Shown piece after piece: positions 29,345 through 44,300 of a stretch of DNA of 64,000 bases. The position numbers and the translations under genes are program-made. The notes below the pieces were generated by a model. That model was not told the origin of the DNA. It ran no database searches and was given only the letters and a program-made list of their open reading frames with translations. Origin of the DNA: Leucoraja ocellata (Eukaryota); the NCBI GenBank assembly GCA_036785375.1, contig JAWMAR010000341.1, positions 620,001 to 684,000 on the forward strand, in the 5' to 3' direction. The first letter of the stretch is position 1. Every line of letters begins with the position of its first letter.

Positions 29345-32300
29345 CTGGAAATCAGAGGTCAAATTATCAGTTAGTAACAGAAGCATAGAAATGGATTATG
29401 CTGTTAAACAGTTCTGTCAAGTGCAGCTTTTCCAGGGCAGATACATCACTGATCCAAAGCAGAATACACTTCCTTACTGACCCATCAAATACTGCTAAGC
29501 AAGTTCTTCTTTCGTTTGACCTCTCCCACACTGTACCAAATAACCCAGGGCAAGTGCAGCTTGGGTTAGATAAAGGTACATTTTGGAAGACTTAATACAG
29601 TGGCTTGCAATAGTTTTCATGCCCCTTGAACTTTTCCACATTTTGTCACGTTACAACCACAAACGTAAATTATTTTATTGGGATTTTATGTGATAGACAT
29701 AAATATTGACATAAAATCCCAATAAAATACATTTACGTTTGTGGTTGTAACGTGACAAAATGTGGAAAAGTTCAAGGGGTATGAATACTTTTGCAAGCCA
29801 CTGTAAATGCATTTTGGACTGCATGCGCAGAAATCCCAGAAGATAAAACATAGCAAAGGAACGGGCCCCCTTTGGCCCACAGTGTCTGCGCCAACCATGA
29901 TGCCTGCAGGCAATCCATTTCCAACACTTCAATATGCCTGTCTAAAGGTCTTGTCAGTTAAATAAGAGTCGTAAGACCCAGTATAATTACATTTGTTGAA
30001 ACTTGGAAGAGTAGATTGCCACTTCAGCTCTGCCTAAAGGTAGTTAGGCAACACTAAATACAGTGTGTGCACAGTCCAGGAGTGTTGTGACAACACTAGA
30101 GAGGAGAAAGGTTTTCATCAGATGTGGCAAAGTCTGGAGAATTTTAATTGCAGGGCTGGACTGGCTAGGTCTTTTCATTGGAACACGAGGCAGAGCAATG
30201 ATTTAGAGTCAAAGTCAGTCCCATTTGCCCACGTTTGGCTGATATCCCTCTAAGCCCTACTGAGGCGGATAAGATCATGAAAGACCTGGAAAGGATAGAT
30301 AGAGGGAAAGCAGCAGGGGGCAACAACACATGGTAATCGTTTAACTATTAAAAAAACAACAGGGTTTTTCCTCTCCACATCTCACTCCCACCTGGAATAT
30401 GGCATTCCTTGAAACACAGAATACTTTTAAAATATAGTTCATGAGTTGTGGCTGAAAAATGTGAAAGGGCTGGATGGCTTTTTTGGCCATGATGGGGTGA
30501 TGGCTTCCTTCGTAGTAACTTCTACAATTCAAAGCACAGCTCTCTTGGAATTGAACATTAAATATTGGCAATGGAATATTTTACAGGTCTAAAACACATG
30601 CTCATCGTTGTACCAACATTACCAAGATTTAAACCATAGTCTAAAGCAGAACTAATATTAAATATCAAACTACTTACTTGGGCAAACTGAGCAGGGTTGT
30701 AAAATTGAACAGTTCCTTGTGCAGAGCCTCCTTCTGCAGGAGGAGGGACCTGCAAAACAGATCAACATTAAACAGGTTGCATCATGGCAAAGAAAGGCAT
30801 TATTACAGCATTTCGCACAGCCTCTACACCATGAAGTGGTGTACACCATAGAGCCATTCTTCTGCAGTTGTATAGGGCTCTGGTAAGACCACATCTGGAG
30901 TATTGCAAACAGTTTTGGTCTAATTTGAGGAAGGACACCCTTGTGATTGAGGCAGTGCAGCGTAGGTTCACGAGATTGATCCCTGGGATGGTAGGACTGT
31001 CATGAGGAAAGATTGAAAAGACTAGGCTTGTATTCACTGGAGTTTAGAAGGAATGTGGAATTCCCTGCCACAGAGGGACGTGGAGGCCAAATCACTGGAT
31101 GGATTTAAGAGAGAGTTAGATAGAACTCTCGAGGCAGGTGGAATCAAGGGATATGGGGAGAAGGTAGGCACGGGTTATTGATAGGGGACGATCAGCCATG
31201 ATCGCAATGAATGGAGGTGCTGGCTCGAAGGGCCGAATGGCCTCCTCCTGCACCTATTATAACCAATTAAGTTTCTTTTGAAGTGTAGTCACTGCTGTAT
31301 TGGCCAGCATGCCGCGGATTGTAATGGTACTAACAGATGGGAAGAAGCATTACAGTGGGTTACACTCATCCAACAAAACCGCCATGGGTTCAAGAACCAT
31401 TTGAGACACAAGCTTGTAATCTATGGCAGTTCTCTGTGCAGGGCTGGAGGATTACAAAGCCAAAAATACTATCTATTGGATCAGATCTTAGAGGTCAAAC
31501 CACCGGGTCAAATCAGGTGTCATAAAAGGTACAAGTGTTATGTGAAAAGTTCAGTGTGCTGGCCAGTGCTCATTTATCAGTCAACATGAGCAGCTTATCC
31601 GGAAACGATCTCCCTACTGTCTATGTGTGTTCAAAAACAAACTTCACTGATAAAACCCAAATCTCAAAAATCTTTGTCCCCAAACAATATGGAGGGCACT
31701 GTATGGGATGAGCAGGTGATAGTTGGGGCAAATACTGTAAAAATATTTTAAAAGACATTTGGACAGGTGCATGGATAGAAAAGGTTTTAGGGGGATATGG
31801 GCCAAACACAGCCTGGTGGGCCAAGCATAGATGGAGCATCTTGGTCAGCATTAGCACTTTGGGCTGAAGGGCCAGTTTCCATCCTGTATGACTATGACCT
31901 GAAGTACTCGGGCTCAGTGAACCAATATTTGGAATTTAGAAAAAGGGAAAGCCATCCATACGGAAAATTGGTTGCCATCTTGTTTTTCTTCCTTCAATCT
32001 GTACATAGAGCTGAGCAGCATGGAAATGGGTCCTTTTGCCTGCCTTGCCCATGCTGACCAAGTTGCCATATGGGACTAGTCACATTTGCATGTATGGCTC
32101 TCTGAACCTTTCCTATCCATGTATCTGTAAAATTGTATTTTAAAAGTAATTGTATCCATAGCTTCTCCTGGCAGCTTATTCCAGATATAGACTACCCTCC
32201 GAGTGAAAGCGTTGGCCCCAAGGGCCCTCTTAAATTTTACCCCTCTTACCTGAAGCCTATGCCCTCTGGTTTTAGAAACCTCTATCCTGGGAAAAAGGCT

Positions 32301-35300
32301 GTGAGCATTCACCTTATTCATGGCCCTCATGATCTTATCCATTTTAATAAGGTCATCCTTTCCATTTTCTGTTACTGAAGGCATGTACTAGTTTAGGTTT
32401 ATTGTACAGTGAACAGTTTTGATTTGAATGCTATCCAAACAGCTCAGATATACAAACAAGTCACGTACAACAGTTAAAGCAAAGAGGAAGATACAGAGCG
32501 CAGAATATAGTTCAGGTTTGTAGTGCATCAGTTGAACAGTTTCATGGTTGGGTGTGTATAAGATTCCTCTAGATTTCATTATCTTTATTTCAGGGGAAAC
32601 ATCTACACTGAATATTATAATGTTGGTCCTCAACCTTTATGGATGTGCAGAGCTGAGCAGATATAGGAGTGATTCACAGAGACAAGTTATGTACTGGCTT
32701 CAATCACCCAAAGGTTGGCAGAACTGGGTGAACACAGAAAAGACTTCAGTTGTAAGGAGAAAGGAGACAACTTTCAGATAAGACAATTATCGAGCCTAAA
32801 TCACCCTGCTGGTACTGCACAACACCACAAGACAAGGTTTGCACTTTCACAGCCACAAGAAGACATCTGGTTCAGTAGGAGCCTGTACCAGTGAGACAAA
32901 GTATCCAAAACATAGAGGGGGGGGGGGGGGGTCACACAACATATTAATGGTAATGGAACACAAATAATGAATTTATCAAGATCTTAATCATTATGAAAGG
33001 TTGCCCAGATTGAGAAGACCAAAATCTGTATTTTTTAAATAATCAGCAATAAATCCAATAGACAATTTAGTACCTGGGCCTGTAAATTAGCCTCAGAGTT
33101 CATCTGCTCCATGGACTGTGGAATCTCTGCTGGACCTCCTTCAGGAGGCAGAGGCCCCTCTCCTGCAAAAATGGCAAACAGGGGCATTAATTTAGTTCTG
33201 CAAGCACAGTGGCCTAGATAGTTTGAAGAGTGGTTTAAACCACAATGCCAGGGTGGCAACAAAACAAACATCTGAATATTAGTAGCCGAGTAAGAAAGTA
33301 GAAGCAATGAACCCATGCATGGACCCTTATACGTCAGAGGACTTTTGACAATTAATAAACACTCTCCAAGCTATTCTACTTCTCAATAGTGGGTATAGGC
33401 AGTATGATCAAATTAGAGTAAATATGGGGTTCAAGATGATTATCCTGTGCAGCAGAGCTAGACAGGGCTGAGGGAAAAATATGAAATGTAGGTATTAGTC
33501 AAATGGGTGCAAAATATACCCTGGGAATCTTATTGTAAAGTAGGCAAGTTGTCATGTCATGGACCAATACTTAACTCTCAACAAACTGATTTATTATTTT
33601 TTTGTTTCTGGAATTGTTTTGCTACATTTAATGCAAGAAACACTGCAACCAAACAATAACCAACTTATTTTATTTGCTGTAAATCGCAGACCTGTCCAAG
33701 GTCATGAAAAGATGCAAGCATTTATTGGGAAACCCCAGTATTTCTGAGCTGCAAAGATAGAACCAAAATATCCAAGCAGTAACAAGAATACAACATAGAA
33801 TGTATCATACCTGGTACCGGCACGAAGAAGTTGGTGGGGATAGGCATTGGTGCGAGGGGGGCAAAGAGGTCTACCGGAGGTGGGAGACCCCCATTTGCTC
33901 GGGGTCCACTGGGATTGAGTACATCCACATAACGAGCTTTTGTACCTATTGTTGGGGAGGGAGAGAGGGAAGAAAGGAGAAAATTCATTGAGCAGTGCTC
34001 AAATAGAGATACTTCTCTGAATACAATGGGAACATTTTCTAAATGGCAAGAAATCCAGATCTGTAGAAGCACATCATTTAAACTTTAGGGATTCACATAA
34101 AATATGAAAAACCAGTGTCCAGGAAATGAAATTGAAATAAACTGGCTAATAGAAAGCAAAGTGAGAGGGAAATCATCCACGATAATATTGAACTGCCGAA
34201 TTAAGTCTTTTGTTTTTAATTTACTAAAGAGGCTCCAAGGGTCACTGAACCAAAATATCAACAGGACAGGCAGCATTGTGCAGAGAAACAGCTGAATTTC
34301 TCCAATGTTATGTTCTTATGATGGAATTTACTGTTAGAGGAAGTGTTGTTCTGTTGTACAGAAAGAGAGCAGCACAAGAGGTATAACAGAATTAGAGCAA
34401 GGTCATTGTAGGAGGCAAAATATATAATAGTGAAAATCTACATCCCAAATCTCTAAAATGCAGAGTGCCTTCGCGTTGTTTGGAGTCTTTCAAGTCTGAG
34501 ATGAATGTTGGTTGTTGACTATTGAGAATCCAGGAATATAGAGAAAAAGATGGGCAAATGAATTTGAACCACAGATCAAACCAAATCTAACTGAAAGGCC
34601 TTCTCTTCCTCCTGTCTTCCAAAAGAACAGTGACCAAGTGTTCATTGTTAGCCCGAGGGCAACCACGGGTTTGGACGTTGGCAGTACATGTATACTGAAC
34701 CACTGACACTATGATACCATCAGTGGAATTAAGACAGTGTCAAAAAGTCACAATTCTACATAAATGTGGGTTGAGAGTATTTCTGCTATTTAAATGTGAA
34801 AGATCCCTTGGCAGAGAATTCTCCTGTATCCCTTTCTCCCCTTTAGGAGCAGCATACCTACCAGTGCTGCTGTCTTAGTTGTCTTAGTCAGGTTGGACCC
34901 CGACCTCCACTGTTGTCTGTGTGGCATTTGCACACTCTTCCCGAGACCAAGTGGTTTTTCCCCCGAGGGTGCTTCAGTTTCCTCCCAGTTTAAAAATGTG
35001 CAGATTGTTAGGTTAATTGGAGCTGTAAATTTCCCACCCCCCCAGTGAGTAGCTGATGGTACAATCTGGGGTGTTGATGGGAAAGCGAGGAGAGTAACAT
35101 GGTAGGGTAGGATTAGCCTAAATTGGTGTTTGATGGGCAATGTAGACTCAGACAGTTTCTTTCTGTGCTGTCTCTACCCACCCTGTCCAAACACAAACCC
35201 CTCATCAGGGGCTCCATTTAGACAAAAGTGCCTGCCAGATTTCTTGCATAGCATCAACAAATACACTTCAAAAGTACTTCATTGGTTAAGAATGTTAGGC

Positions 35301-38300
35301 ATCTGAACAGTATATTTTGTGCAGAAATGAGAGTTAACTAATTCAGTTTGCCCAAGACAGTGGAAAAGAGTTCCTCACCCAAAATCTCACCTGCTTTCCT
35401 GGAGAATCTGTTGACAGATGGATGGCCACCGAAGGACATTGGATTTGAACCCGAGGGAAGGCCAGCCATGGGTAGGCTTGGCGGCGGTGGGAGAGGTTTG
35501 CTCTGCAAAAATAAAAGTAACAAAGTGTTAATTATTAGCAACCTCCAACTCGCTTCAAACTCCAAGTGTGGGAAATGTTGGTTAAATTAGTTCTCCCATT
35601 CTAGGCTGTGCCATATGATTCAACAAATTCCCGACTCCTCTGGGAGCGGATCGGGCATCAGATGTCAGAACCTGAAGCCCTGCCCCCGATACTGCACCGA
35701 TGGACTTTGGCAGGTCACCGCCATCAAAGGTCTTTTTCAACCGTGTCCAACAAATCTTAGGACAGATCGCCCTCGAGTAAATAAACTCTGCAGTTTGTGG
35801 ATAGTGATCGTCAGCAGGATCGACGCTTTCCATATCCTGCACTCAACTACCATCATTAAATGGCAACAAGAGCAGGACCCTGCTTGATTTTCCATTTCCA
35901 CACTATTTCCTCCCGCAGTGAGAATATTAAAAACTAAATGGCCTGTCCCACTTGGCCATCATTTGCGCGTCACGCAGATGGCGAGCGAAGATTTTGTACA
36001 TCACAAAATCCTGCGACGCCGCGCGTCACTGCCTATGTCATCACGCACCATGCGCGCATCACGTGCGTGTCACGACAAGCGCTTTGTGACGCGTAAATTA
36101 TGTCGCGTAAATTACTCGCAAGTGAAGGCCAAGTGGGACAGGCCGTTAAGATTCCTCGGATCATTCATTCATGACACCATCTACATGGTTTGAATATCCA
36201 TTCACATCACACCATGAGCTGTGGTAATTCAATTTAAACGGGTATCATAAAGCCCATCTAGATTACTGACAACTGCAGGGAAGATTCCTTGCCATCCTTG
36301 CCAGCTGTGGACATATAATTTCAATCCAACACTATTGTGGTTGAAGGAAAGAACTGCAGTTGCTGGTTTAAATCGAAGGTAGACACAAAATGCTGGAGTA
36401 ACTCACTGGGACAGGCATCATCTCTGGAGAGAAGGAATGGCAACAAGAGCAGGACCCAGCTTGATTTTCCATTTCCCTGGCCCATTGACAGAGTCAAGTG
36501 CAAGATCCACTCTCATTCCTCACCCATTCCTTCTCTCCGGAGATGCTGCCTGTCCCGGTGAGTTACTCCAGCATTTTGTGTCTACCTTCGATTTAAACCA
36601 GCATCTGCAGTTCTTTCCTACACACCATCATGGTTGATTTCTACTTACCTGCTGAAGCTACCATTGAATAAAACTATGAGCAGCATTGCAAGGCAGCAGC
36701 AATGCCCACATCACAAAATGGAATAAAGGTACTCGGCAGAGTCATTTCTGCACGCTTACCTCTTCCTCTGGTTCATTCATGTTCACCCATCGCTGCCTCT
36801 TCTCATCCCACACAATCTAGGCATAAGACAGGAGGCAAATAGTTCAGATCTCATGCCCCAACCCAAAGGCTCACTGTAGTACAGGGTAAACAACCCCCCC
36901 TTGTGTATGTGACACCCAGCAGACATGTTTAGGTGTGGAGAATTCTGCTCAAATACACATGTCCTTGCCCAACTGACAAACATTCGAAGCAAAAAGGAAG
37001 TTTTGAGGAAGAACGTAAAACTACAATCGACACCATCAAGTAAAAATGATTCAGCAAGTCAAATACCAGTCGAGTGTTCCCTCAGAGAGACCACTCCCAT
37101 CCACAAGACCATCTTCTAAGGCCGTCTTTCTCTCAAGTTAGAAGATGACTTGCTTTCACTGAGGAAGAGAGGCTACTTGTGCGCCATTTCTTATATCTTG
37201 CGATAGACATTGCAAACCAGGTGGCTAGCAGTCTTGAGGGTGAAATCTCGGCCCCATGGCAGGGATGCCCATGATGATAGGAGACAGATGCACAGACTTG
37301 GCAAACCTACAGTCAGACGGACACATACCAAGTACACACTGGTGCACTCTGGCCATCCACTGAATGCTTATTAACAAACTCTTTCACACATTCCTTTCCT
37401 CAATTCCCCTCCATCTCTCTTCTTCCCTGTCCCCCCCCCCCACCAATCATCTCCGTCTGCCTCTTTGGGTGCCTTGGTCTCCCCACTCATTGATCCTCGT
37501 CCCTCTCTGCTGGACAACCGACTCCCCTTTTCTGCCCCGCTCAATTCTCACATACTCGCTCTGTCTCTACCGTTCCCCGCTCCGCCTGGGTCCTTCCTAT
37601 AGACAATTGCCCTTCCCACACACCCAATGTCAATCCCAAAAAATGCACCACACAAAGCCTGCTGCTTAGCCCACAGTATCATGACCTTTTCTTGAGGACC
37701 TCAGAAGAATCGCCATCATCCATCTATCTCCCCCCCCCCCCCCCCTCACCACTTCACTGCCTGGACAAGCACTCACCGATTTATTTTTGTCATCTGGTAA
37801 ATGGGCTTCATTCTTCTTGCTGGACCGTAACCAGCTTAGCCACCCACCCTGAGGCACAGAGAAAAACCAAAATGAGTGTCTTTTTAAAAGGAATTTATTT
37901 TTAATTCCCTGCCTAAGGAGGAGGGAGAGGCAGCAGTCTCACCAACTGTGTCAAGTAAACATGCCTGTATTTTCGTCACCACCTTAGCCGGCATGGGTCA
38001 ACCTACTTTCAAATTAATTAGAAAAGATTACTGCCCAACTTTACAGCCAGCAGGACCAGAACCGTATACCAATATACCAATGCAGCAACAGTTGATACCA
38101 CAACACCTGCCACCTCTGTCCCCGAACAAGTGTTCAATTCTTAGACTCAATGAACACCCACACCAGCAGATCATTTTGAGACAGGTACACAATTAGAATG
38201 CTATTGAACTCTTGTCCTCAAAGCAAACACATTGTGGATTTAGTTCATCCAAAGAAGTGTAGCAAAGGGAAGTGGAAAACAAATGCAATTCGTGTACGGG

Positions 38301-41300
38301 TCATGAAGTTTGCGCTTAAGGAGGGAAGGCAAGGAGAAGAAACACTACTCCATTTTGCTGTACCCCATTAGGAACTTTTGATTGATTTCCAGGTTCCTGA
38401 AATCAAAAATGCTCCATTCCCAGAAACAATTCACTGCAACCTACAATTAAAAGAAAGGCCCGAAGACAGAATAGAGAGTAGACCATCTTAATAGTATTCA
38501 TATTCATAGATAATATAATTCCTATTGCCAACTGAATGTAATACTAAGAAAGGGTGCCATGCATGGCAGGGAGCAACACTCCATCCTCCTGGGCGGATTC
38601 CCTCGGTTACAGCAAGCTCGCAGCTGCCCCTCTCCCTGCAACCCCCCCCCCCCCCCCCCACCCACACCCACCACCACCACCACGGGACATGTAGCCGTGA
38701 AGACAAACACGATGCAACAAACAAATAAATAGAATACCATCTCAATGCTCCCATTCTGACCTGGAAGTAAAGGCCCTTTGTTGGTGGTGACCATCTGCCT
38801 CATTGTTGCCACCTCTCCAGTCAAAGATTAGTTGCATTTGCATCCTCTACATTTTCAGAACATAAGTTGTGCAAACAAACAAATTCCAAGCTTCCCTCTG
38901 GATACCGACTAGTAGAAATAGTTTATCCTTTATTCGTTCCATTAAAATCATCAACATTTTCTTCTCGGGAACAACGTGCAATTCCTCAATGGCTGCTGCA
39001 AGAACTGTAGGGCATCGAGGCCGCTGTGACCACTGCAATGCCAACCTTGCCACTTCCAACCCACGGAAACAAACTGTTGGGGATATTCTGGAGGATGTGG
39101 AGAAATATGTGTTTTAGGTCAATGACTGCAGCTGATGCAGAAAAAGTGTCAAGAGTGGATTAGGGGCAGAGAGGTCGAAGGTCTGTGCCTATTTGGAGAT
39201 CAAGGGTGTCTAGGTGACAATGCTTTCTAGACCAACGACTAGTTTGTCGTAGTTTGTCTTTCTCCCTACATTACAATCGGTCTGAAGGGTCCTGACCTGA
39301 AACATCACATCCACATCCTCCAGAGATGCTGCCTGATCCCTTGAGTTACTCCAGCATTGTGTCATTTTTTAAATCAGAGATGCTGCCTGTTCTGTTGGGT
39401 TACTCCAGCATAGTGTATTCTTTTGCCAAAGTATATAGCTGACTCAATAGTCTTTTTACCTTTCCTTTTTTGCCCACTGGTTGCTCCCGTTTCGGTTCCT
39501 TCTTGCCCTCCTGATTGTTGCTGGCAACAACCTCTGGCTGGGGTGGAAGTGTCGGCTGGTTCGCCGCCGATCGATGCCTCTCCCGGCCCATGCTGTGATT
39601 GGATGACTCGGAGGTAGTTCTCGAGCGTCTCCCGTATGGCTGAAACAAGACAGACCCGTGTCAAAGCAGCAGACGCCGTGGGGAAAAACACGAGGCAGCC
39701 CTCACCCAGATAGAAACCCAGCACTGTGCTCCTGCCTTCTAAACCAGAAACAATCCACAACTCAGCTGGCAAACCAGGAGGCATCTCAGTTTGAATGCGA
39801 GCCAGACTAATGCTTCAATCATCTGTCTCCGTCCATCTTCAACTCACTCCGTTGCACTTCACAACGGGAATTGTTCTCCTATATCCTTGAGAAAGTCCTG
39901 GGGGTTGTGTGAAAACTACTGGAATGTGATTGATAGATGTTTGCTGAGGAAAGGCAGGGCATTACAGAGCACTCAATCAACAAGCAGCTTCTTTTGTACG
40001 GAGGTATTAACCAAAATGGCCAACTTTGGAGTTTTGTATTACTGTTTTCCCCGTCTAGTGTCTAGATTTAGTATAGACAGCTTGCTCTCTCTAGGATGAG
40101 ACAAAAACTCCTTTATCATCATATCACATGTCTATAAGTGTGTGCATGGTTTTTAAGAAATGCTGCGAGATGGGGCAGGATAAATCCTGCATGCATTTGA
40201 TCAAGGATACTGGACTGAAATGCGTTTAGATTACATGCCAAAAATTTAGCATCAATTTAATCTTCAAAAACACCACGCTTGCTGGTGTGGGCAATGAAAT
40301 CATCCAGTTTGTCAAGAATCTGCTGCTTAGTCAGAGTTGGACAATTATTAAAAAGGTTACAACCAGCCCTGTTCATACCTGCCTCACTCAGCTTTAAAGT
40401 AAAGAATTGTAGCTTTCACCTCAGATCTCATTAAATATTTAGTGATGCTTCCCAGAGAATGAGAAGCAGTGGGTCTGTAGAGGGCCGTCAACCCGAAACA
40501 TCACAGATCCATGTTGTCCAGAGATGCTGCCTGACCTGCTGAGTTACTCCTGCTCTTTGCTAATTCCATCTGAGGGAATGTAAGATAAAGGTCAAAGAAG
40601 ACAGGTGTACCAAAGTTATTAAGGTGCTGTACCACCGCATGGCATGGAAACTAGCACCGTCCCAGACTCGTTCACTTAGCAGAGGGATTAGCCCACTTCT
40701 GGCTGTATATCAATCAATGTGCCAAAATTACTGGCATGCCAAACTGGCCTTGAAATCAAGATCCACGAGCAACGATTCGTCAGCTAAGGAAGTGGCTTCA
40801 ACAGCTAAGGATTGTGAATTCGTCACCCGAGGAAGAATGATTGTGGCTGCAAGTGTTGAAGGATAGATGGAAGAGAACGCTCGCACGTACGCAGAAGAAC
40901 GTACGCACAAGGCAGAGCACAAGAGAGTGCCGAGGCAGAGAGAACCTTCACCAAGCACGCACCAGTCTGAGATGGGAATAGAAGCACCAAGAACCGTAAC
41001 ACCGAGAGTCAGGAATTGCGTACCATGTGCAAAGATGACTGAGACGCTGACCTTGATCTTCTTCCCGGGGCCTGCTTCAGACACAAACGTTCAGCGGTGT
41101 TAACCACTACAAGGACATTGAAATAAGCTTACCTTCACATTTAGGTCCCCTCACATGATGACTAGGGCTGCAACTTATGGGGACAGGACATAGCTAATGA
41201 TCTTGGAGGACATTGTGCATTCCACAGTTAAAGACTTGCTGAGTTTCTTGCATGATAAATGGCCATTAGAAACGGTACAGCACTGGCTGTGGGCTAAATC

Positions 41301-44300
41301 TCAGAGCCTATAGGACATGGGGAGCAGAAGTCTATTTAGCCCACGTTCTTTGCTGAAATTTATGCTCCACTTGAGCCACTTTCTGCCTTTCCTCAATTTT
41401 ACAGTGCAACTTGTTTTTCCTCCTCCCTCCTAAATGCAGTTTCTACTACTCCTTACAGTAACAAATTCTACATTCACACCACCCAAAGTTTTAATAAACA
41501 TGGCCCTGGAGATAGCAGATGTACACGGTTGTCATCTTCAAAAGATTCACCGACTTTTCAACAGTTCCCATGAATGGAAAGTGGCAAATATGTCACCACT
41601 CTTCAAAAATCAAAGGACGAAAGCAAGAGAGAAAATGAGGCACAACAAAGTCCGACATTAATAAAAGGAAGTTGCAATAGGAAAATCAGAAAAGAAGAAC
41701 AGCAGCGAGTAGGCAGAGACTAATAATAGGACCGACTACAGGACCCAATAGAACACGTCCACATGGTCCCCCCTCATCTCGTGTGTAACCAGACATCAAC
41801 TACTGGGAGAATTTAGCAAAAAACAACAATTTAAAATAGTGCAATGCTTTTTTTTTTTTTTTCCAGTAAGATAGATTATGCTAACAAACTGAATGGCTCC
41901 AAAGTCATGGGATCTAGGGCACACTACACACACAGTACTATATCATAAACTGCCAGCTTTGATTATTCTTCCCTAGACTCCAAGGATAATAGCACTATAC
42001 ATGCATTCAAGATCAGCAAGCAAACTGTCAACACAATGCTAGGAAAAGGAGCAAATAAGGTGGTCTTCTACACGGAGAATAGGGGAGAGTTTCACAATGT
42101 TCAATGCCACACCTGCAACAGTACAGGATAAGACCAGCACATTTACCCAGTAACATTTGAAATGAATGATTATTTGGAGATTAGAACCTAGCTGCCTTAC
42201 CATTTTGGCCATTTGATCATAGAAATCCTGCTGCCCGGCTTCCCCAAAGCTGTGTCTTTTTGGCGATATTTGGTGATTGATGGAATTCATGTCTGGAGAT
42301 CCTGAGAAAGGGGACACAGGAAGATGGAAGTTTTGTCATGCCATCAAGATTTGATTTCTCCGATAACCATAGAAATAATTGCAAGAGACCATTTGCTCTC
42401 AGAACTCTTAATTAATCCTTAATTAATCCTAAATTGAAAAATCTCAAAAAGCAAATTCGTTGCTAATGGTCGAGTTAACATCCATCCGCCAACAGGATTT
42501 TAAAATTTTGTCATCAGGTACGGACAGCATTTATTACCAGTCCTTAACCTGCCACTGGAAATTATGTATCAACCACATTGATGAGTGTGGAAGCATAAAT
42601 AGTAAGGATAGAAGACTTGCTTCCCTGAAGGACATCTGTGAATCAAACGTTGTTTTAAAAAAAGTTTTCACTGACCACGAGACTAGTTTTTTCAAATAAA
42701 AATCCAAATCTATTGCTTGCATTGAAAATTCCCCATCTTGGCAGCACCTTGGCATAGCTGCTGCTCCGCAGTGCCAGAAACACAGGCTGGCTGACCTGAC
42801 CTCAAATGCTGTCTGTGTGGAGTTTGTATGTTCTCCCTGTGACCACATGGAGGTACTACAGTTTGTCAATTCACTGGCCTCCAAATTGCCTCTAATGTGC
42901 AAGGAGTGGATCAGAAAGTGGAATAACACACAACTAGTGTGAACGGGTGATCGATGGTTAGTGTGGACTCTGTGGGCCGATGGGCCCGTTTCCATGCTGT
43001 ACCGCTAAATTCTCAGCAGCAGAGGTAGAAGAACTCGTTGCTTGTCCAAACTTGCTATTTTTAGACAATTAAATCATTAAAGTTTTGCCGGGGTGATGTT
43101 GCCCACATAAATTGGATGAAGCATTTCATTAGACAAACACAATTGCATTTCAATAAATATTTACATGTTGTGAAAGCGGCTACAAATACACCTTGTACCC
43201 CGAGTACTGTCAAGTTAATGAGTTCCCAACGCAGTTTAGATGCCCTATTACAATACTAGTACCCCCACCCATATATCTGCCGCTTTGCACTAACCTGCAT
43301 TGACGTGAACCTGTTCTTGCACAGTCGGCAGAGGCTCTACCGAGGGTCCAGGCGGAGGCCCGGACAATCCTGGAGAGAAGGGGCCTTTCAACAGATCGCA
43401 AGGTTGCCTGAAAGCAGAGTTGGGCGATTGTCCTGGAAAGCCAGGTGAACTATGAGTGGGCGAATACAGCGGAACGGGGCCATCAGTTACAGACTGTGAG
43501 GGTGGGGCTGCCATCAACCTCCCATCCAGTACCGCGTGAGGAGCTACAAGAAAAACAAAGCAAATAGGAGCAAACACAGGAAAAGGCAAAGATGATCCAA
43601 TGTGGAAGCTGTAACAAAAGGAACAGGGGCCCATCATTCTAGTTTATTCTTCATGACTTCATTCCCCGCCTCGATTACACAAACAGTAATAAACTCGTTG
43701 AGATGGAAAGATAGATCAGCCATGATTGAATGACGAAGTAGACTTGATGGGCCCCAATTCTGCTCCTATAATTTATGAAACTTTGCTGAACAAAAATCCA
43801 TAATCTCAGTTCTGATTTATTAATTATTAACACCATTTCGGGGGAGACAAGTTAAAATGTTCATGAGTGTGGAAAATCTTACACATTATCACACCCAAGG
43901 AATCTCTCCGAAGCTGGGGGTCATCAATTCAATTTCAATGATCACAAGCTATTTAGATGCGAGGCAATCAACATATATTCTCACTGAGAGAAATTCCTTG
44001 AGGCTCGGTGAGGGTCAGGCGATGAATGACATGGCCAAGCCCGATTGTCCTTTCAGGTGACAACAATGTTATTGCTGTCTACACTGTGAAGACTGTAGAC
44101 TTCACACCACTGAAGTCTGTGGTCTCTCAAGGAGGCAGCTCCAGGATTGTGGAGCAACAACGAAACAGTGCCATATAATAATGCAACTTTCGAGGGAAAG
44201 TTAAGGTGAACATGCTAACCACTGCAATTTGCAAGCGAATTAAATAGTATAAGATGCATTTAAATAGGACGACAGAACGATAAGAGATGCTGAAAGTGCA

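Noticed and set aside
30750-33073. Searched for additional alternative SEC16A exons that I recall from mammals near the C-terminus
   Set aside because: No in-frame candidate with good splice sites found by eye; absence cannot be asserted without alignment.
38480-38830. Possible cryptic SEC16A microexons near a CCATGCATGG motif
   Set aside because: Weak donors or frame-shifting lengths and no recognisable peptide.
40728-41084. 118-aa hydrophobic ORF on the minus strand
   Set aside because: GTG start, no homology I recognise; the real signal is the 48-nt microexon in another frame.
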